A DNA stretch of 64,000 nt from an uncultured delta proteobacterium (GCA_963796055.1 CAWCKH010000004.1:2368001-2432000), one strand, 5' to 3'; positions 19,988 through 29,931 are shown, counted from the first letter of the stretch. Program-made: numbers and translations. The notes: generated by a model not told the origin, from the sequence alone.

Positions 19988-21742
19988 TCAGAGCGACGCT
20001 CTGAGCTCGTTGGGCGTGCCGAGGTGACGGTGCCCGTGCAGCCTCCCCTCGAGCTGTCGCAGACCAAGCGTGTTCAGGACGTCTCCGCGCTCGAGCCACC
20101 CGCGGCGAGCCATCCAGACCCCATAGCGTAGGTTGCCCAGCTGGCTGGCGTGGTGGGCGTCGGTGGAAATGACCATGGCGACACCCGCCTCCTTGGCCAG
20201 CCGGCAATGCTTGTCATCGAGGTCCAGTCGCTCCGGCATGGCGTTGACTTCGAGCGCCACCCGTTGCTCGCGGGCGACCTCCAGCACCTTCTCGAAGTCG
20301 AAGGCATAGGCGTCCCGCAGCCCGAGCTGACGTCCGCTGGGGTGCCCGAGCACGTCGACGACCCCCGAGCGCATCGCGGCGATCATCCGCTGGGTGATCT
20401 TCCTGGGTGGGTCGGTGAAATGAGAATGGATGCTGGCCACGACGCAGTCGAGCCCGCGCAGGACGTCGAGCGGCAGGTCCAGCGTTCCGTCCTGGAGGAT
20501 GTCCACCTCGACCCCGGTCAGCAGGCCAGGCGCATCCTTTCGTTGCAGACCGAAGCGCTTGATCGCGAGCGCGTGTGCGCGCATCTGGGCAGGGCCGAGA
20601 CCGAGCGGCCGCGACTTCGAGTGATCGGTGATCGCCAGGTACTCCCGCCCGAGGCGTCCTGCCTCCTTGCAGAGCTCCTCGAGAGACGAGTGGCCATCGG
20701 AGGAGGCCTCGGAGTGGACGTGCAGGTCTCCTCGGACGTCCTTCTCCTCGATCAGCCGGGGCAGGCGTCCCTCCTCCGCGGCCTCGAGCTCGCCCGCGCC
20801 TTCACGCAGCTCGGGCGGAATCCAGGGCAGCCCCACCGCCCGGTAGACGTCCTGTTCGGTTTCGCCTCCGAGCCGCTTCCCTTGGCGGTCGAAGACGCCG
20901 TACTCGCTGAGCTTGAGGCCACGCCGCATGGCCCGGGTCCGAAGCTCGATGTTGTGGGCCTTGCTGCCGGTGAAGTAGTGCAACGCAGCTCCGAACGACT
21001 CGGGTGGCAGGATCCGCAGATCGGCCTGGAGCCCGCTCTTGAGACGGGCGGTGCACTTGGTCGGGCCAGTCGCGGTCAGTGCCTCCACTTCGGGCGCGTC
21101 CCGGAACGCGCGGATGACCTCGTCCGCGCTCGCGGCCGAGACCAGGAGATCGATGTCTCCGATCGTCTCCCGTCTGCGACGGATGCTGCCGGCCACCTCG
21201 GCGGCGCGGACGTGCGGCACCTTGCGCAGCCGCTCCGCAATCGACTCCGCGGTCGCCAGCGCTCGATGGAGGGGAACTCTGCCCTTGCGTGCCTGGTATC
21301 GACCCAGCGCGAGCAGGATCGCCGCCACCCTCTTGGCTCCCATCCGGGGAAGCCTCTCCATCGACCCGTCCCGGCACGCCTTCTCCAGGGCCGCGAGCTC
21401 CTTCACGTGCAGTCGCTTCCAGGCCAGAGAAGCCGTCTTCGGACCGATTCCCTCCACCCTCAAGAGCTCCAGCACCCCCGGGGGGACCTTCGCCAGCAGC
21501 TGGTCGTGCTCGCGAAAGCGACCGGTGCTCAGCAGCTCCTCGATGTGCGCGGCGATGCGTTCGCCGATCGAGGGAAGCTCGGTCAGCTTCCCCTCTCGCC
21601 ACAGCTCGGAGACGGGGGTGGGGAGGAGATCCACGATCTGTGCGGCCTGCCGATACGCGCGTGCCTTGAAAGCGTTTCCGCCGGTCAGCTCGAGCAGATC
21701 GGCCACCTCGGCGAGGACCTGGGCAACGTCGGCGTTCTCCAT
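19988..21742 (-). CDS. polX: DNA polymerase X with PHP domain
   Basis: FKARAY, AGSIRR..GDIDLL, DLR, YFTGSKAHN. PHP motifs DLHVHS, ITDHS, STDAH. Confidence 0.93.
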   Translation of the reverse strand: MENADVAQVLAEVADLLELTGGNAFKARAYRQAAQIVDLLPTPVSELWREGKLTELPSIGERIAAHIEELLSTGRFREHDQLLAKVPPGVLELLRVEGIGPKTASLAWKRLHVKELAALEKACRDGSMERLPRMGAKRVAAILLALGRYQARKGRVPLHRALATAESIAERLRKVPHVRAAEVAGSIRRRRETIGDIDLLVSAASADEVIRAFRDAPEVEALTATGPTKCTARLKSGLQADLRILPPESFGAALHYFTGSKAHNIELRTRAMRRGLKLSEYGVFDRQGKRLGGETEQDVYRAVGLPWIPPELREGAGELEAAEEGRLPRLIEEKDVRGDLHVHSEASSDGHSSLEELCKEAGRLGREYLAITDHSKSRPLGLGPAQMRAHALAIKRFGLQRKDAPGLLTGVEVDILQDGTLDLPLDVLRGLDCVVASIHSHFTDPPRKITQRMIAAMRSGVVDVLGHPSGRQLGLRDAYAFDFEKVLEVAREQRVALEVNAMPERLDLDDKHCRLAKEAGVAMVISTDAHHASQLGNLRYGVWMARRGWLERGDVLNTLGLRQLEGRLHGHRHLGTPNELRASL

Positions 21743-21768
21743 CGACGGAGGCCTCCATCTCTCGGCCC

Positions 21769-21878
21769 TGCAAACACGGCACCATCCGGATGCGGGTCCC
21801 GGTCAGTGGAGTGGCAGTGCAGGATCTGCGCAGGGTACCGCCCTCGACGGCTCAGCTCGCCGGGGAGGGTTTCTTGCA
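21769..21878. promoter_or_regulatory. Divergent sigma-54-type promoters flanking a central GCGCA-N5-TGCGC-like site
   Basis: TGGTGCCGTGTTTGCA (21784-21769, minus), GTGCAGGATCTGCGC (21817-21831), GGGAGGGTTTCTTGCA (21863-21878, plus). Confidence 0.7.
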
Positions 21879-21914
21879 CGTCTTCCGACGGAACCCTCAC
21901 CCGGGAGGTCCGCA

Positions 21915-22502
21915 ATGCAGGTGCCTCTCCAAATCAGTCATCTTCACGCTGCTCCCTCGGAACCACTCGACAAGCTCATCCGGGAGCGAGCGGCCGAGCT
22001 GGAGCAGTTCTATCCACGCATTACCGGCTGCCATGTCTGGATCGAGCACCCCGGTCAGCACCATCGAAGAGGCAAGGGCGCGCACTTTCGGGTGCGCATC
22101 GAGCTCTCCGTTCCCAGCAAGAAGCTCGTCGTCTCCCGGGACCCGGCGGCTCATCGGCCCAACGAGGATGTGTACCTGGCGACGAGCGAGGCCTTTCACG
22201 AGATGCGCCGGCAGCTCCAGGATTACGCGCGCCTGCAACGTGGCGACGTGAAGGCCAGCATCCGGCCTCCGCATGCCCGAGTGGCGCGGCTGCATCCCGA
22301 AGAGGGCTTCGGGTTTCTGGAGACTGCCGACGGGCGCGAGATCTACTTCCATCGTGCCAGCGTGCTGGGCGGTGGATTCGATCGGCTCACCGTCGGGAGC
22401 GAGGTTCGGTTCTCCGAGGAGCCCGGTGAGAAGGGTCCACAAGCGAGCTCGGTTCAGCTGGCGGGGGAGGCCCACGCGCCCGGGGATGAACCGGGGAGCT
22501 GA
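21915..22502 (+). CDS. HPF/RaiA ribosome-associated protein fused to a cold-shock domain
   Basis: MQVPLQIS..RITGCHVWIEHP..FRVRIELSVP..DVYLA, then EGFGFLETADGREIYFHR..GEKGPQAS. Confidence 0.9.
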   Translation: MQVPLQISHLHAAPSEPLDKLIRERAAELEQFYPRITGCHVWIEHPGQHHRRGKGAHFRVRIELSVPSKKLVVSRDPAAHRPNEDVYLATSEAFHEMRRQLQDYARLQRGDVKASIRPPHARVARLHPEEGFGFLETADGREIYFHRASVLGGGFDRLTVGSEVRFSEEPGEKGPQASSVQLAGEAHAPGDEPGS

Positions 22503-22554
22503 AGCGAGCCTCCACATCGCCCCAGCGCGGCGCGCCAGCGGCCACCGCCCGTCA

Positions 22555-24532
22555 TCACTTCATCGGGTGAGCACGGCGCCCCGCAGAGCCTTCGAGGGGA
22601 AGAGGGTGCACCCCTTGAGGCCCTTTCTGTTCGCCAGGTCGAAGAGGGGTTCCACCCCGCTGCTCACGTTGCCGGCCAGAAGGCTGATGGTCCGGGTCCC
22701 GCTGGAGGGGCGTGGGCCGCGTAGGAGGCCTGACTCCCGGAGCGGGTCGACGATGGGGCGGGGGATTCCCTGATGAGTGCTGCGCGCGCTGGCCGGAGTG
22801 CCGCGCCCTCCCTGCTCGCTGCCGGTACATCTCGAGGATCTCCTCATCCGTGGTCGCGTCCTGCGGCCCCTTGTCCGGGCGCCAGCGGCCGGTGAAGCGC
22901 GGGAACCGCAGGGCGAGCCCCATCCCCTCGGGAAGCTCCGCCCGGCCCGCGGTGTGTGTCGGGCTGCGGGTGATCTCCCCGCCGAGCACCTCCAGAACCA
23001 CCACCGGTTCGAACCAGACGTCGGCCTTCAAGCTCCAGTCCAATCGAGGATCGGGTTCCGCTCGCTCGTATCGGCGCATCCGTCGCGGAAGCGCGGCCAG
23101 CTCCTCGTCGCTGAACCCTGTTCCGCACTTGCAGACCGTGCGAAAGACGTCGCTTCGCGGATCGTAGGAGGCCAGGAGAAGTGCACCGTACGTGCCGGCT
23201 CGTCGACCCTTCCCGTGGAGTGCCCCCACCACCACCAGGTCGAGCGGTTCCTTCATCTCGGCCCGGTATTCCCGCTTGAGCTTGATCCACTGCCAGCCCC
23301 GGGCCCCGGCGCGGTACGTCCCCTCGGCGTCCTTGCAGACCAGGCCTTCACATCCAGCGCGGAGCGCTTGATGAAAGAACGCGTCGAGCTCCTCGGGCGT
23401 GTGAGCCTCGCGGCTGGTGGCGAGGCGAACCTCATTCCCGAGGACCAGCAGACGCTCGAGCTCTCTACGCCGGATCCGGAGCGGACTCGAGGTGAGGTCC
23501 TTGCCGTCGACCAGCAGCACGTCGAAGAGGAACAAGACCGTCGGGATCCGCTCCACGGCCTCGGCGACGCCATGCTTCCGTCGCCGCGGCATCAGCTGCT
23601 GGAAGGGGAGCAACCTCCCCGTCTTCCGGTCGACGGCCACGACCTCGCCCTCGACGATCAGCTGTCTCGCTCCAAGTGAGCGGCGGGCCGCATCCACGAC
23701 GTCCGGGTACTGCTCGGTGACCCTCTCCAGACGTCGGGAGATGAGCTCGACGTGCTCGCCGTTGCGATGGATCTGGAGCCGTTCGCCGTCGTACTTGTAC
23801 TCGGCAATGCAGCGATTGCCGAGCTTGGCGACGATGTCCTCCACGCTGTACAGGCGCTCGGCGAGCATCGGACGGATGGGCTTGTCGACCGTGGCTCGGA
23901 TCTCCTCCAGCGCCCGTGGCCCCCGCTCCGCAAGGGCCCTCGCCGCGGAGGCGAGATTCTGCGGTCAAGTTGTAGGCCCGCTCCGCGTTCGCCGGCGGTG
24001 CACCGAAGGCCTCGACCAGACCCTCGAGCACGGTGGCATCGCCCACGCCGATCCGGAGCCGCCCGGTCACCGTCCGCAGCAGATAGCGCGCCTCCAGAGG
24101 GGTGGCTCTGGTGAGAAGCGCGCGCAGGAGATCCAGCTTCAGCGACTGGGAGCCCTTTCCGGCCAGCAGTGCGATGCGCTCGAAGGACCCGTAGACCTCC
24201 TCGACCGAGAGCGGCGGGGCAACGGCCTGGTGGGCTTGCATCAAGTGCTGGGCGGCGTCGCCCAGATCTCCCCGGCGCCGAGCCTCACGGGAGACCGCCA
24301 GGTCCGAGGTCCCCGCAGCTGCCGCCACTGCCCGGAGCGCCAGCTTCTCGCCCAGCCCGAGTTCCACTCCTTCCCAGTCGGGCCTCAGCTTGCCCTGAAT
24401 CAGGAAGACGACCTTGGCGATGACCCGAGCCGGTGTGTGGGCGAGGAGGCGCGCCAGCTCGGCGGTGACCTGCAGCCGGGAGCCAGTGCTCTCGATCCGG
24501 GAGTAGACCTCGGTGAGACTCCTGTAGAGCAT
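22555..24532 (-). pseudogene. ATP-dependent DNA ligase with a +1 frameshift near 23957
   Basis: N-terminal DNA-binding domain from ATG 24532 (..LRIGVGD..AYNLT). Catalytic KYDG, EGLVCK, WIKLK and LRFPRF motifs are in another frame. Removing one base restores AYNLTADLA..PIRPMLAE. Confidence 0.88.
22560..22750 (-). pseudogene. Collapsed remnant of a class II (NrdJ/NrdZ-like) ribonucleotide reductase
   Basis: TISLLAGNVSSGVEPLF joined directly to DLANRKGLKGCTLF..RGAVL. Confidence 0.7.
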
Positions 24533-24556
24533 CGGTCGACCTTCAGAGCTGACGCG

Positions 24557-24705
24557 TGCATGGGGCGCGCCGGAACACCGGATGCGCCGATGAAGTCTGC
24601 CCGCAGAGATTGCGCGAACAGCACGGGAGGATTCGGGGTCGAATTCAGCTCTGCCGCTGCAGACGGAGGCATCGCTCACGCGTCCAAGTTGGAACGATCG
24701 TTGCT
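24557..24705. promoter_or_regulatory. Divergent sigma-54-type promoters with a GCGCA-N5-TGCGC-like site
   Basis: CGGCGCGCCCCATGCA (24572-24557, minus), CCGCAGAGATTGCGC (24601-24615), TGGAACGATCGTTGCT (24690-24705, plus). Confidence 0.7.
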
Positions 24706-24751
24706 CCTCGCTGATTGCCCGGATTGGCACGGGCCTCACAAGGAGTGATTT

Positions 24752-25243
24752 ATGTCCAGCATCACTGTGCGCCGGGAAGGCGGCGCGAAGCATCCGGCCC
24801 CCGTCGTCTCCACGCCCGATTTCTTCAGCCCGATTCGCGACCTCATCGAGCCGTTCAAGCGGCTGGCCCTCGCACCCTTCGGCGACTTTCGGTTCGTCTC
24901 GTTCGTTCCAGCCTTCGAGATCAAGGAGACCAAGGAAGGCTATCTGTTCACGGCCGACGTCCCGGGCGTGGAGCAAGCGAATCTCGAGATCTCCGTGACC
25001 GGCAATCGACTCACGGTGAGCGGGAAGCGCGAGGAGGCGAAGGAGGAACGCGGCGAGAGCTTCTACGCCTGCGAGCGCAGCTACGGAAGCTTCACCCGTT
25101 CCTTCAGCCTGCCGGAGGGAAGCGACGTGGAACACATCCACGCGGATCTGAAGGCAGGCGTCCTGACCATCAGCGTTCCGAAGAATCCGGAGATCAAGAC
25201 CAAGAAGGTCGAGATCAAGGCGGAGCAGGCGGCCAAGGCCTGA
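24752..25243 (+). CDS. Hsp20/alpha-crystallin small heat-shock protein
   Basis: FEIKET..ADVPG..ERSYGSFTRSFSLP..ADLKAGVLTISVPK. Confidence 0.93.
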   Translation: MSSITVRREGGAKHPAPVVSTPDFFSPIRDLIEPFKRLALAPFGDFRFVSFVPAFEIKETKEGYLFTADVPGVEQANLEISVTGNRLTVSGKREEAKEERGESFYACERSYGSFTRSFSLPEGSDVEHIHADLKAGVLTISVPKNPEIKTKKVEIKAEQAAKA

Positions 25244-25300
25244 GGAAGAGGAGTGTAGGGGACCGGTCGGGAGGTACACCTCGACGAACTCGGAGCGCTG

Positions 25301-26200
25301 ATGAGGAAGAGCATCGTCTGTGGGCCGGAGATGGCCCACATGGGTTCGGCACTCGCCCGTGAGCTCGGCGAGCCACTCTGTCAGGCGATGGTCGAACATT
25401 TCCCTGACGGGGAGCTGCACGTCGTCTTGCCCGAGCGGGTGGCTGGACACGAGGTGTTCCTGGTCCAGTCCCTCGTTTCACCAGCGGGGGAGCGGCTCAT
25501 CGAGCTGAGCCTGCTTGCCGACGCCTGTCGGCGCGCGCGCGCCAGCAGTCTGACGTTGTTCCTCCCGTACTTTGCCTACGCGCGGCAGGATCGGTGTACC
25601 CGAGACGGCGAGGCGCTCGGTGGAGAGGTGCTGGCGGGGCTCGTCTCCAGAGCGGGTTTCGACCGGATCCTCGCCGTCGACCTTCACTCCGACGCGGCCC
25701 TGGGCTGGTTCCGAGCACCGCTGCAGCACCTGAGCGTGGTGACCGACCTGGCCGAGTCGCTGCGCGCGTCGTTGCCCTCGGCCTCAGTCGTGGTCTCACC
25801 GGACCTCGGAGGGGCGAAGCGGGCGGAGCGGGTGGCAAAGCGCCTCGAAAGACCGCTTGCGATCGTTCACAAGACTCGAGGCGAACGAGGGGTGGTGGTC
25901 CACCAGGTTCTGGGAGACGTGCGAGGTCGTGCCGTTCTCATCGTCGACGACCTCATCTCCACCGGAGGGACGATCGAGGCGGCGACCACGGCGCTGCGTC
26001 AGGCCCAGTGCGAACCGAGTGTCACGGTTCTGGCAACGCATGCCTTGCTCGTGGGCGATGCAGTCGACCGTCTCCGGAGGACCGGGATCAGGTGTCTCAT
26101 CCACTCAGATTCCGTACCCCCCAGGGCGCTCCCCTTTCCGGAGATCGCCGTGCCGCTCGCTCCGATCGTCGCCTCTGCCATCCGCCGCGACACCTTCTGA
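25301..26200 (+). CDS. prs: Ribose-phosphate pyrophosphokinase
   Basis: FPDGE, PYFAYARQDR, VDLHS, VSPDLGG, IVDDLISTGGT. Confidence 0.9.
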   Translation: MRKSIVCGPEMAHMGSALARELGEPLCQAMVEHFPDGELHVVLPERVAGHEVFLVQSLVSPAGERLIELSLLADACRRARASSLTLFLPYFAYARQDRCTRDGEALGGEVLAGLVSRAGFDRILAVDLHSDAALGWFRAPLQHLSVVTDLAESLRASLPSASVVVSPDLGGAKRAERVAKRLERPLAIVHKTRGERGVVVHQVLGDVRGRAVLIVDDLISTGGTIEAATTALRQAQCEPSVTVLATHALLVGDAVDRLRRTGIRCLIHSDSVPPRALPFPEIAVPLAPIVASAIRRDTF

Positions 26201-26230
26201 CGAAGTCCAGACGACGCATTCGTCCCGGCG

Positions 26231-26470
26231 TCACGCCCGGTCGCGCATCTCGCGGATTCCCTCGGCCGAAGCGCAATGGGCAGAGCAGAACATCTGGGTG
26301 CCCTTCTCCATGCCGTGGCCGAGGATCCGGACGTGGCAGTGGGCGCACCGCGGAGCGAGCGCTTCGATGGCGCACTCGAACGAGTCAAAGGTGTGAGTTT
26401 TCCCCTGGACGACGACCTGGAAGGCCTTGTCGTAGTCGTTCCTGCAGACCTCGCATTTCTGCGCTTGCAT
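26231..26470 (-). CDS. Prokaryotic metallothionein-like Cys-rich protein
   Basis: CEVC..YDKAF..FDSFECAI..CAHC..GHG..FCSAHCA. Confidence 0.85.
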   Translation of the reverse strand: MQAQKCEVCRNDYDKAFQVVVQGKTHTFDSFECAIEALAPRCAHCHVRILGHGMEKGTQMFCSAHCASAEGIREMRDRA

Positions 26471-26544
26471 GGTGATTCCTCTCTGTCACTCGGCCGCAAC
26501 CGGATGAACCGGCCCGGCCCTCGGCGACGAGCAGCTCCGGGGCC

Positions 26545-26815
26545 TCAGGCGCTCGGGCGAGGTGTCGGCACGCTCGACCGCGGTGCGCTGATTGCTGCAA
26601 CCGTCCCCGCCACTTCCTCGGGCGTGACCCCGTTGACGGTCTTGCTGCTCCGGAGGCGATGCGCGAGATCGTTCACGGTGACGATTCCCTTCAGGGCTCC
26701 CGTGCCGTCGACCACCGGGATGTCCTGTTCCCACATCTTCTTTCGCAGCCTGTTGCAGCGAATCCTCCGGCCGGCACGTGACCAGTCGCTTGCTCATGAT
26801 CTCCTCAACGCGCAT
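26545..26815 (-). pseudogene. CBS-pair pseudogene (frameshift plus internal deletion)
   Basis: MRVEEIMSKRLVTCRPEDSLQQAA, extra base near 26742, then KMWEQD fused to IPVVD..GIVTVNDLA. Too short for a CBS pair. Confidence 0.75.
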
Positions 26816-26915
26816 GACGGACCTCCTTTTCCGGTCGTCAAGCGGGTGTACTGCTCCGCCATCGGTTGGCCTCCCGCATGCAGCGTCAACGGTGCAGCTC
26901 CAGCGGGTCCTGCGA

Positions 26916-26961
26916 CCGCAAACCCTGCGGAGGAAGGGGTTATTTTCTGCAGAGATTGCGT
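26916..26961. promoter_or_regulatory. Two GCGCA-N5-TGCGC-like sites upstream of groEL
   Basis: CCGCAAACCCTGCGG (26916-26930) and CTGCAGAGATTGCGT (26947-26961). Confidence 0.55.
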
Positions 26962-27001
26962 TTCTTCTCCCCCGCACCGGAGTCGTGACCAGGTGTGAAT
27001 C

Positions 27002-28618
27002 ATGACGGCCAAACATCTCCTCTTCCGGACCACTGCCCAGGAGAAGGTCCTCCGAGGCCTCTCCCAGCTGGCCGACGCGGTCCGGGTCACCCTCGGACCC
27101 ACGGCCAAGGCCATCCTCATCGAGCGAAAGTGGGGACGGCCGCTGGTGAGTGATGACGGGGTGACCATTGCCAAGGAGTTCGAGCTCGAGGACCCGGAGG
27201 AGAACCTGGGCGTCCAGCTGGGCCGAGAGCCTGCGGAGCGCACCCAGGCGGCGGTGGGGGACGGAACGACCACCGCCACCCTCCTGACCCATGCCCTGGT
27301 TGCCGAAGGCTGGCGCAACGTGGTCGCCGGGGCGAGCGCGATCGAGCTGAAGCGTGGCCTCGAGCACGGGCTGGCCCTGGTGGTGGCCGGGCTGAAGGGT
27401 GTGTCTCGCCCGGTCCAGAGCCGGAAGGAGAAGGCGCAGGTCGCGACCATCTCCGCGCACGGCGATACGACCATCGGCAACCTGGTTGCTGACGCGATCG
27501 AGAAGGTGGGCGGGGAGGGCGTGATCTCGGTGGAGGAGGCGAAGGGGACGGAGACCGCACTCGAGGTGGTGGAGGGAATGCAGTTCGACCAGGGCTACCT
27601 CTCACCCTACTTCGTGACCGATGCCGAGCGGATGGAGTGCGTGCTCCAGGACGCGATGGTGCTCCTCTACGGCAAGCGGATCTCCACCCTCGAGGGCTTG
27701 GTCCCGGTCCTGGAGCAGGTGGTGAAGACCGGTCGGTCTCTGCTGGTCGTGGCCGAGGACGTGGACGGCGAGGCGCTGGCCACGCTGGTGGTGAACAAGG
27801 TCCGGGGGACGCTGCACTGCGCGGCGGTGAAGGCCCCGGGCTTCGGCGACCGGCGGAAGGCCCTGCTCGAGGACATGGCCGTTCTCACCGGCGGCCAGGT
27901 GCTGGCGGAGGAGCTGGGCGTGAAGCTGGAGACGGTCAACCTCTCCATGCTCGGGAGGGTCCAGCGCGTGGTGCTGGACCGGGAGCACACCACGCTCGTG
28001 GGCGGGGCCGGGGACAAGCAGGCGATCCAGGCCCGACTGGAACAGCTTCGCCGGGAGATCAAACGAACCACCTCCGACTACGACAAGGAGAAGCTCCAGG
28101 AACGGCTGGGTAAGCTCGCCGGCGGGGTGGCGGTCATCCGGGTGGGCGCTGCCTCCGAGACCGAGCTGAAGAGCCGGAAGGACGCTTTCGATGACGCGAT
28201 CAACTCCACCCGCGCCGCGGTGGCGGAGGGGATTGTCCCCGGGGCAGGGCTGGCCTTCCTCCGAGCCCGCGAACTCCTGTCGAAGGAGGAGCCGAAGCTC
28301 GAGGGAGACCGGCGCACCGCGGTGCGGATCCTCGGGACGGCGCTGGAGATCATCACCCGGCAGATTGCCCAGAACTCTGGAATGGACCCGGGCGTGGTGG
28401 TGGACCGGATGCGCAGCGGGACGGGGAGCTTCGGACTGGATGCCTCCCGAGGAGCGTACGTCGACCTCACCGAGGCCGGGGTCATCGACGCCACCAAGGT
28501 GCTCCGGGTCGCGCTGGAGAACGCGGTTTCCACCGCCGGCGTGCTCCTCTTGGCCGAGGGGACCATGACCGAAGTCCGCTCCAAGAAGGACGAGGAGAAG
28601 GCGCCGCTCACCGAGTAG
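27002..28618 (+). CDS. groEL: Chaperonin GroEL (no adjacent groES)
   Basis: VTLGP, DGVTIAKE, GDGTTTAT, EGMQFD.GY.SPYF, KAPGFGDRRK, KLAGGVAVI. Confidence 0.95.
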   Translation: MTAKHLLFRTTAQEKVLRGLSQLADAVRVTLGPTAKAILIERKWGRPLVSDDGVTIAKEFELEDPEENLGVQLGREPAERTQAAVGDGTTTATLLTHALVAEGWRNVVAGASAIELKRGLEHGLALVVAGLKGVSRPVQSRKEKAQVATISAHGDTTIGNLVADAIEKVGGEGVISVEEAKGTETALEVVEGMQFDQGYLSPYFVTDAERMECVLQDAMVLLYGKRISTLEGLVPVLEQVVKTGRSLLVVAEDVDGEALATLVVNKVRGTLHCAAVKAPGFGDRRKALLEDMAVLTGGQVLAEELGVKLETVNLSMLGRVQRVVLDREHTTLVGGAGDKQAIQARLEQLRREIKRTTSDYDKEKLQERLGKLAGGVAVIRVGAASETELKSRKDAFDDAINSTRAAVAEGIVPGAGLAFLRARELLSKEEPKLEGDRRTAVRILGTALEIITRQIAQNSGMDPGVVVDRMRSGTGSFGLDASRGAYVDLTEAGVIDATKVLRVALENAVSTAGVLLLAEGTMTEVRSKKDEEKAPLTE

Positions 28619-29906
28619 CTGCGAGGGGAGCGAGGCGCGGTCCGGGTCTCCCGGCGCCCCCTCCCTGTTCAGCAGTCGCCATCCCGCAGTTCCGGCTCGG
28701 GTTGCGGCGTTCTCCGTCAGCCCCGGAGCACTCCGCAGCAAGGGCGTTCCGAGCGCTCCTCGTGGTCGCTCTCGCGGCGGCCGCCGGGCCGGCGTCTCCA
28801 CGCTCGATGTAGACCCACAGTGCCTGGAGCCCTGCGGGTCCAGGCAGAATCCCGTGCCAGCCCTCGGGCAACTCGGGCGGTGCCCAGCGGAAGAGCCAGG
28901 CGGCATCCGCGGGCGAGAGATTGATGCAGCCGTGAGAGACCGCGGTCCCGAAGCGATCGTGCCAGTTGGCTCCATGGAGTGCGGTCTCTTCACCAAAAAA
29001 GAGGGAGTGGGGAACCTCTTCCACCAGGTAGGCGGCTCGGCGGCCGCGCATCTCCCCGTGCCGGAGCTTCAGCCAGACCCGGAAGAGCCCGGTCGGCGTT
29101 TCCCAGCCCCGCTTCCCGGTGGACACCAGGGTCGCGAAGACGAGGTGGTCACCCTCATACGCGGTGAGCACCTGCTCGAGCGCGTCCACGTGCACCCAGC
29201 GTTCCTGTGGGCCGATGCCGGCAGGTCGCGGATGCGCATGCGAAAGGCGAACCGCGTCTCGGGGGAGGGTTCCGCGAGACGTCTGGACCTTGGAGCCGAT
29301 GGAGATCACCTCGAGCGCCGTGTAGCGCTCCAGCACCACCGTGGCTCCCTTCGGATCGTCTGGCGCGTGCACCCGAACTCGGCGCAGCACCCACGCCAGC
29401 TCCGGGGGCGGCTCGGAGACTCCTTCAAGGGCGCTTCCGACAAGGAGCTTCACATCCGCTCGAGCAAGGAAGGTCCCATCCGGGCGTTCCAACCATTCGC
29501 TCGGACCGGCCGTGGGAGGCTTGAAGGCGAGGACATGTCCCCGGGCATGGTGACCGACGACTCTGGCCTCGCTTGACGCGCTGGAGTGAACCTCCGCCGA
29601 GCGGGCAATGACGCGCCCGTAGAGATAGTCGAAGGGCTCCCCGGTGCCCTCCGGGGGGGCCGCCGCCAAATATCGGCTGCGCACCGCCCCGAAGGGGTGA
29701 AGCAGAGTCCAGCCCTCGGGTGCCCCGCTCTCCTCGGCCACCTGCACCCGCTCTCCCCGCTCCAGCAGCCCGATGACCGGGCTGGTCGCACTCGGCGACT
29801 GCCGAATGTAGGCACGCTCCACGTCGAGCCAGGCCTCCGATGCCTCTGCGGCAACAGAGAGAAGCATCAAGACCGCAACCGGGGACCAGACCAAGGCTCT
29901 CTCCAA
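28608..29906 (-). CDS. L,D-transpeptidase (YkuD) with N-terminal SH3-like domain
   Basis: TLVSTG..TPTG.F..ALHG..FG..SHGCINL and a signal peptide. Confidence 0.88.
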   Translation of the reverse strand: MERALVWSPVAVLMLLSVAAEASEAWLDVERAYIRQSPSATSPVIGLLERGERVQVAEESGAPEGWTLLHPFGAVRSRYLAAAPPEGTGEPFDYLYGRVIARSAEVHSSASSEARVVGHHARGHVLAFKPPTAGPSEWLERPDGTFLARADVKLLVGSALEGVSEPPPELAWVLRRVRVHAPDDPKGATVVLERYTALEVISIGSKVQTSRGTLPRDAVRLSHAHPRPAGIGPQERWVHVDALEQVLTAYEGDHLVFATLVSTGKRGWETPTGLFRVWLKLRHGEMRGRRAAYLVEEVPHSLFFGEETALHGANWHDRFGTAVSHGCINLSPADAAWLFRWAPPELPEGWHGILPGPAGLQALWVYIERGDAGPAAAARATTRSARNALAAECSGADGERRNPSRNCGMATAEQGGGAGRPGPRLAPLAATR

Positions 29907-29931
29907 GAGGAGTGGCGTTGGGTCTCCCTGG

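Noticed and set aside
26935..26951. Sigma-54 promoter for groEL (GGGTTATTTTCTGC)
   Set aside because: Poor -24 context, overlaps a palindrome, and an alternative candidate exists near 26866; too ambiguous to call.
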